Shown here piece after piece: positions 59,577 through 64,000 of a DNA stretch of 64,000 nt (position 1 is the first letter of the stretch; the number at the start of each line of letters is the position of its first letter). Both the position numbers and the translations under genes were made by a program. The stretch is from assembly GCA_963662285.2 (NCBI GenBank), contig CAXXMV010000008.1, positions 320,001 to 384,000 of the forward strand, given 5' to 3'. The notes beneath the pieces are model-generated. The model saw only the letters and a list, made by a program, of their open reading frames with translations, was not told the origin of the DNA and ran no database searches. Source of the stretch: a bacterium (GTDB lineage: Bacteria; Hinthialibacterota; Hinthialibacteria; Hinthialibacterales; Hinthialibacteraceae).

Positions 59577-61025
59577 ATGGATAAAAACACGATAACACCC
59601 CTCATCAATCGAGCCATCTCGAAAACAGAAATCATCGCTGCCCTGGCGGGTGGTCTGGCGCTGCTTGCGCTTATATTACTTTTCAAGTCCAGCATAGTAA
59701 TAGCAGCTTTTTTAGGCATTCTGATAGGGGGAATAGCCTTTTGGATGGGATTTGAATATATCCCGCTGATTGTCTTTCTGCAGTTGGCTTTTTCAGTAGA
59801 ATTACAGATTGGATCAACCACCCGGCTTACCATCCCGACCGAAATATTGGTGCCGATACTGTTTCTTGCATATGGCATTTCTGTTATCCGCGATGGAAAA
59901 ATCAGCTATCGCACTTCCCAGCTTAATGTTGCGGTCATCATCATGTATGTTGTAATGGTCTACAGTTTAAGATATTCTTTCGAGCCGACCAGCACCCTTA
60001 AGGCAATCATCCGCGATACTGGATACATAGGCGCAGGATATTTTTTGATCCCCCAATATATACGTTCAGAAAAACAAATCAAACATTTACTATATGGCTG
60101 CCTGGGTATACATACTTTGCTGGTGTTATATGGCTTTATCACTCAGATAATTGGGGGATTTCATATTTATGGAGAGATTGCCGCGCCTTTCTTCGTTGAA
60201 CACTGCATCTACGCCGCTTATATCACTATCTCCTTCGCATTCGTGCTGCCATTCTATCTGACGGAAGACGATGAAAAACATCGCTTCTGGCTGGGCATAA
60301 TAACGGCCTTATTCGGAGCAGCTATATTATTGACCTTTGTACGCGCCGCCTGGATAAGCGTTTTCGCGCTACTATTGTTCTATTTATTCCAGTTCCGCAA
60401 CAGAAAATCGGCCATCGACCTGATCCTGTTAATGATTGTTTGCTCACTACTGGGACTGGTGATTGCCGTTACCACCGATATCGGAGGATTGATCCTTCAG
60501 CGGCTGGACACCATAACCGAGACCAATTACACCGCTAACCTGGATAGAATCGACCGCTGGGTCGTCGCATGGAAAATATGGATTTACAATCCAATTTTAG
60601 GCGTCGGGTGGGGAGCATATCCTGACCACTATTTCAAATATGCCAATCAATCTAGTGCATTTTTTGACGCTTATTTTAACAGCATACCTTACTCATCCGC
60701 CTTCCGTATGGGAGCGCACAATATCTACCTGGAATTATTGGCGGAAGTAGGCGTTGTAGGACTACTGGCATATTTACTTGTTATCTACATTTTTTTCCGT
60801 AGAGCGGTTATTCTACAACACAAGATCAAAAGCGATTTTCAGCGCGTATTTCTGATAGGCGCCCAGGGCGCCATCATCACCTACCTGGTGCATGCCTTCG
60901 TCAATAACCTCGGTCCCTCAGATAAATTGGGGATCACCTTCTGGTTTATATTGGGAATCGTTCCCACTATAGAAGCGCTCTACCGTAGCGAACAGAAGAA
61001 TTCACCTCAAGAACCAAGAGAATAA
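59577..61025 (+). CDS. O-antigen ligase / Wzy_C family membrane protein
   Basis: About 12 TM segments; LTFVRAAW, R..RW..AW, PILGVG.G and AHNIYLELLAEVG motifs. Confidence 0.88.
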   Translation: MDKNTITPLINRAISKTEIIAALAGGLALLALILLFKSSIVIAAFLGILIGGIAFWMGFEYIPLIVFLQLAFSVELQIGSTTRLTIPTEILVPILFLAYGISVIRDGKISYRTSQLNVAVIIMYVVMVYSLRYSFEPTSTLKAIIRDTGYIGAGYFLIPQYIRSEKQIKHLLYGCLGIHTLLVLYGFITQIIGGFHIYGEIAAPFFVEHCIYAAYITISFAFVLPFYLTEDDEKHRFWLGIITALFGAAILLTFVRAAWISVFALLLFYLFQFRNRKSAIDLILLMIVCSLLGLVIAVTTDIGGLILQRLDTITETNYTANLDRIDRWVVAWKIWIYNPILGVGWGAYPDHYFKYANQSSAFFDAYFNSIPYSSAFRMGAHNIYLELLAEVGVVGLLAYLLVIYIFFRRAVILQHKIKSDFQRVFLIGAQGAIITYLVHAFVNNLGPSDKLGITFWFILGIVPTIEALYRSEQKNSPQEPRE

Positions 61026-61041
61026 CATGCAACTTTCCGAC

Positions 61042-61893
61042 TTAGTCGCACTGATCCTGATACTGCGCCAGGAAAGTGCGGATCTGTTCAACAAACATCA
61101 ACGCTTCACGCCGTGACGCTTCGGCATAATATGATCCGGACGAAGCGTTAGCTATGGCTCTGGATACATTAATCAATAAACTGCCCGGACCGGAATATCC
61201 CGCCCACAACACCTCTTCCAGGTCGCCGCCCTGCGCTCCAACGCCCGGACAAAGAACCGGCAATGATGCGCCCAGACGTTCACGCAATTTGGCAAGTTCC
61301 TCTGGAGCAGTCGCTCCAATCACCGCGCCCAGGTTTTGCTTCATATCCCAGGATCGAATCTTATCGGCGACCCGGTGAAAAAGACGCGTTTCTGAAACAT
61401 CATCTCCAGGAACCTGAAGAGTCTGGAAATCAACACGCGAAACATTGGAAGTCAGGCAAAGAATAAAACTCGCCTTATCTTTATATTTTCGAAATGGCGC
61501 AATTGTCTCCTGACCCATATAGGGATTCAAAGTAACAGCGTCAGCATTCAGCGTTTCAAAAGCAGCCTTGGCGTAGTATTCAGCAGTATTCCCGATATCG
61601 CCGAATTTCGCGTCCAAAATAACCGGCGCATTATATTGATGCGCATATTCAATAGTCTCTTTAAGCGTATCAAATCCTTCTTTACCATTCAGCAGATAAA
61701 AAGCTAGATTTGGTTTATAACAACACGCCAGGTCTTGAGTTGCATCGATAATAGATCTATTCCACGACAATAGAGGATTGGATTCATTCTTCAAAGGTTC
61801 AGGAATATTTTTCAGCGTGGTATCCAGACCGACGCATAAAACAGTTTTCAGCGATGAAGTTCTCTCTTTTATAGATTCGATGAATGACGACAT
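61042..61893 (-). CDS. pyrF: Orotidine-5'-phosphate decarboxylase (type 2)
   Basis: LCVGLD, YKPNLAFY, DAKFGDIGNT and PGVGAQGG motifs. Confidence 0.96.
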   Translation of the reverse strand: MSSFIESIKERTSSLKTVLCVGLDTTLKNIPEPLKNESNPLLSWNRSIIDATQDLACCYKPNLAFYLLNGKEGFDTLKETIEYAHQYNAPVILDAKFGDIGNTAEYYAKAAFETLNADAVTLNPYMGQETIAPFRKYKDKASFILCLTSNVSRVDFQTLQVPGDDVSETRLFHRVADKIRSWDMKQNLGAVIGATAPEELAKLRERLGASLPVLCPGVGAQGGDLEEVLWAGYSGPGSLLINVSRAIANASSGSYYAEASRREALMFVEQIRTFLAQYQDQCD

Positions 61894-62033
61894 AATTTAC
61901 TCACAATCATAGATATTTTTATTCCATTAACTGTAGTGTATACCTAGAAGCCTCTTGAAACAAAACATATATTTCAGATATAGTTATAAAAAATAAGAAT
62001 TACAGTGTACTACAATACTCGAAGGTGATAAAC

Positions 62034-64000
62034 ATGAAACGCAATTTTCTTGTTCAAGCAAGCATCGGGATATTAATTACTATTATGTGTATAACTTCAA
62101 TTACAACAACCGCCTCATCCGCTACAGAGGGTGATCAATGGATCGCAGTAAAAGATAATTTTGTTCTACAGGCCAAACCTGACGTCTGGAAAGCGCATTG
62201 GATTGCGCCCAGCGAAGAACTTTCGGCTCAATCCATCAGCCGGGTATTCTATTTACGCAAAGAGTTCACCGTAGAATATCCCAGCCAATATAAAATGGCC
62301 TACATCTCCGCCGACAGCAAATATAAGTTATGGATCAACGGCGTTCCAGCTGCCCGTGGACCACAGCGCTACGATCCCAAACATCACCGCTATGATTCCA
62401 TTGACCTGTCTTCCCAAATTAAAAAAGGCAAAAACCTTATTGCAGCCGAAGTGATCTATTGGGGACCCGGCGGCCCCATCTTTCAAATGAGCGTACGCCC
62501 CGGCTTCGTCTTCGAATGCGGCGGTCTTAAATCAGATAAAACTTGGAAAACTCTGGTCTGCCCGGCTATCGATACAGCTGGCAGAAACGGCTTTCGCAGT
62601 GGTCTGGGATACCTGGCCGGCAACTGGCTCGAAAAAGTTGACGCCCGCCTACTGCCTCTGGGTTGGAACCAACAGGACTTCGATGACAGCCAGTGGAAAC
62701 TAGCCACACAATTGGGACGCGCTGAGATGTGGGGCGAAGGCGATACCCGCATGCCGTGGAAATTGGTTCCCCGTGATATTCATCCCCTGGAAGAACGGCC
62801 TGCTGAAGCATGTAAAGTAATTCAATCAGGCTTGGTGCAAGACGACAAGGATTTCCCGCCTTTCGCCTATGACGTTCAACCCAATCCCCAAAGCCCCGCC
62901 CTACCCTACACCATTCCAGGCGACGGCAAAATTCATTATCTGGTCTTCGACGCAGGACAACTGGTCACCTCTTATCCCATGCTGGATATTGAAAGCGATG
63001 CGGGCGCCGTGGTTGAGATAATGTACAGCGAAGCGCCCAGTATCAAACACAAAAAAGACTTCCGTAATAAATTCACCGGCGACAAGCGCGTCGAGGGATA
63101 CAACGACGTATATATCACCCGCCAGGGACGGCAAATCTATGAAACATTCCTGCACCGCACCTTCTGGTATGTCCGCGTGGCGGTCAAAAGCGACAAGCCG
63201 GTTACCATCCACGGCCTGTCCCATAGATGGACCAGTTATGATTTTGACGAACGCGGATCGTTTGAATGCTCTGATCCCATGCTCAATAAAATCTGGGATA
63301 TCGGCTGGTACACCTTAAGGCTCTGTTCGCATGAAACCTATGAAGACTGCCCCTACTACGAACAATTACAATACGTCGGCGACACCCGCATCCAGGCGCT
63401 TGTAACCTATCTAGCTTCGGGAGACGCCCATCTGCCAGCTAATGCCATCCGGCTGATGAATGCTTCCCGTTTACCCGAAGGTCTGACCTACTCGCGCTAT
63501 CCCGATCATGTCTTTCAGGTGATCCCCGGCTTCTCCTTATTCTGGGTAAAGATGATCGACGACTACTACACCCACACCGGCGATGCTGATCTGTTGCGCG
63601 AAACAGCCGGTGGAGTTTATTCAGTATTGCGTTTCTTTGAAAAATATCAAAACGACCTTGGATTCATATCCAACCTGCCCTATTGGAATTTCCATGACTG
63701 GATGTTCGAAAATGGTGGACGTCCGCCTGCCGACAAAGGTAGTTGCACCATCAGCACCTTGCTCTACAAAGGGGCGCTGGATGCAGGCGTACGCATTTTT
63801 GAGGCTTTGGGCGACCGACATGAAGCAGAACGCTTCCGTGAAAAATCTGAAGCAGTAAAACAAGCCCTCAACCAACACGCCTGGTCAGAAGAGGAAGGTC
63901 TCTATACAGACGGCGTTAAAATCAAGAGCCTTAGCCAACACGCCAACATCTACGCCATCCTGTTCGATATCGCCGATCAGGACAAGAAAGACAAGATCAT
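62034..64000 (+). CDS. Secreted GH78 alpha-L-rhamnosidase-like protein, runs off the window end
   Basis: Not in the ORF track. From ATG 62034: signal peptide, WKAHWI, LRKEF, ISADSKYKLWING..RGP and ETYEDCPYYEQLQYVGDTR. Confidence 0.9.
   Translation, partial: MKRNFLVQASIGILITIMCITSITTTASSATEGDQWIAVKDNFVLQAKPDVWKAHWIAPSEELSAQSISRVFYLRKEFTVEYPSQYKMAYISADSKYKLWINGVPAARGPQRYDPKHHRYDSIDLSSQIKKGKNLIAAEVIYWGPGGPIFQMSVRPGFVFECGGLKSDKTWKTLVCPAIDTAGRNGFRSGLGYLAGNWLEKVDARLLPLGWNQQDFDDSQWKLATQLGRAEMWGEGDTRMPWKLVPRDIHPLEERPAEACKVIQSGLVQDDKDFPPFAYDVQPNPQSPALPYTIPGDGKIHYLVFDAGQLVTSYPMLDIESDAGAVVEIMYSEAPSIKHKKDFRNKFTGDKRVEGYNDVYITRQGRQIYETFLHRTFWYVRVAVKSDKPVTIHGLSHRWTSYDFDERGSFECSDPMLNKIWDIGWYTLRLCSHETYEDCPYYEQLQYVGDTRIQALVTYLASGDAHLPANAIRLMNASRLPEGLTYSRYPDHVFQVIPGFSLFWVKMIDDYYTHTGDADLLRETAGGVYSVLRFFEKYQNDLGFISNLPYWNFHDWMFENGGRPPADKGSCTISTLLYKGALDAGVRIFEALGDRHEAERFREKSEAVKQALNQHAWSEEEGLYTDGVKIKSLSQHANIYAILFDIADQDKKDKI

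Noticed and set aside
62483-63878. Several small ORFs listed in the track
   Set aside because: They are shadows of the long GH78 ORF from 62034, which the track omits because it lacks a stop within the window.
1-64000. CRISPR array, tRNA or rRNA
   Set aside because: Repeats are dispersed hairpins without regular spacers; no cloverleaf or rRNA-like sequence was seen by eye.

Overview
Chromosomal window (about 49 CDS) from a diderm, polysaccharide-degrading bacterium. A lone AFTLLE-type pseudopilin, a methyltransferase-like/PQQ-propeller fusion and short C-terminal tails suggest a Sumerlaeota/Hinthialibacterota(OLB16)-like or PVC-related lineage; this is inference only. Core genes are rng/rne, murQ, mqnE, glnE, thiSGE, xylA, argH, dinB, apt and pyrF. 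Accessory content includes two small glycan-modification clusters, several secreted carbohydrate-active proteins, a sialidase-TRAP-USP operon, a Ser/Thr kinase plus phosphoesterase pair, and a sigma-28 cassette with no flagellar structural genes nearby. One complete ISL3 element (15079-16469, 8-bp target duplication TATATTAT) and three families of dispersed palindromic repeats are present. argH and dctP each carry a single-base frameshift. No rRNA, tRNA or CRISPR array was seen. The most interesting signal is that three unrelated signal-peptide proteins (a subtilase, an Fn3/Ig protein and an FAD oxidase) end in a shared short tail, [VI]-x-x-[WF]-x-x-[YM], appended after their last domain. This looks like an uncharacterised C-terminal protein-sorting signal.
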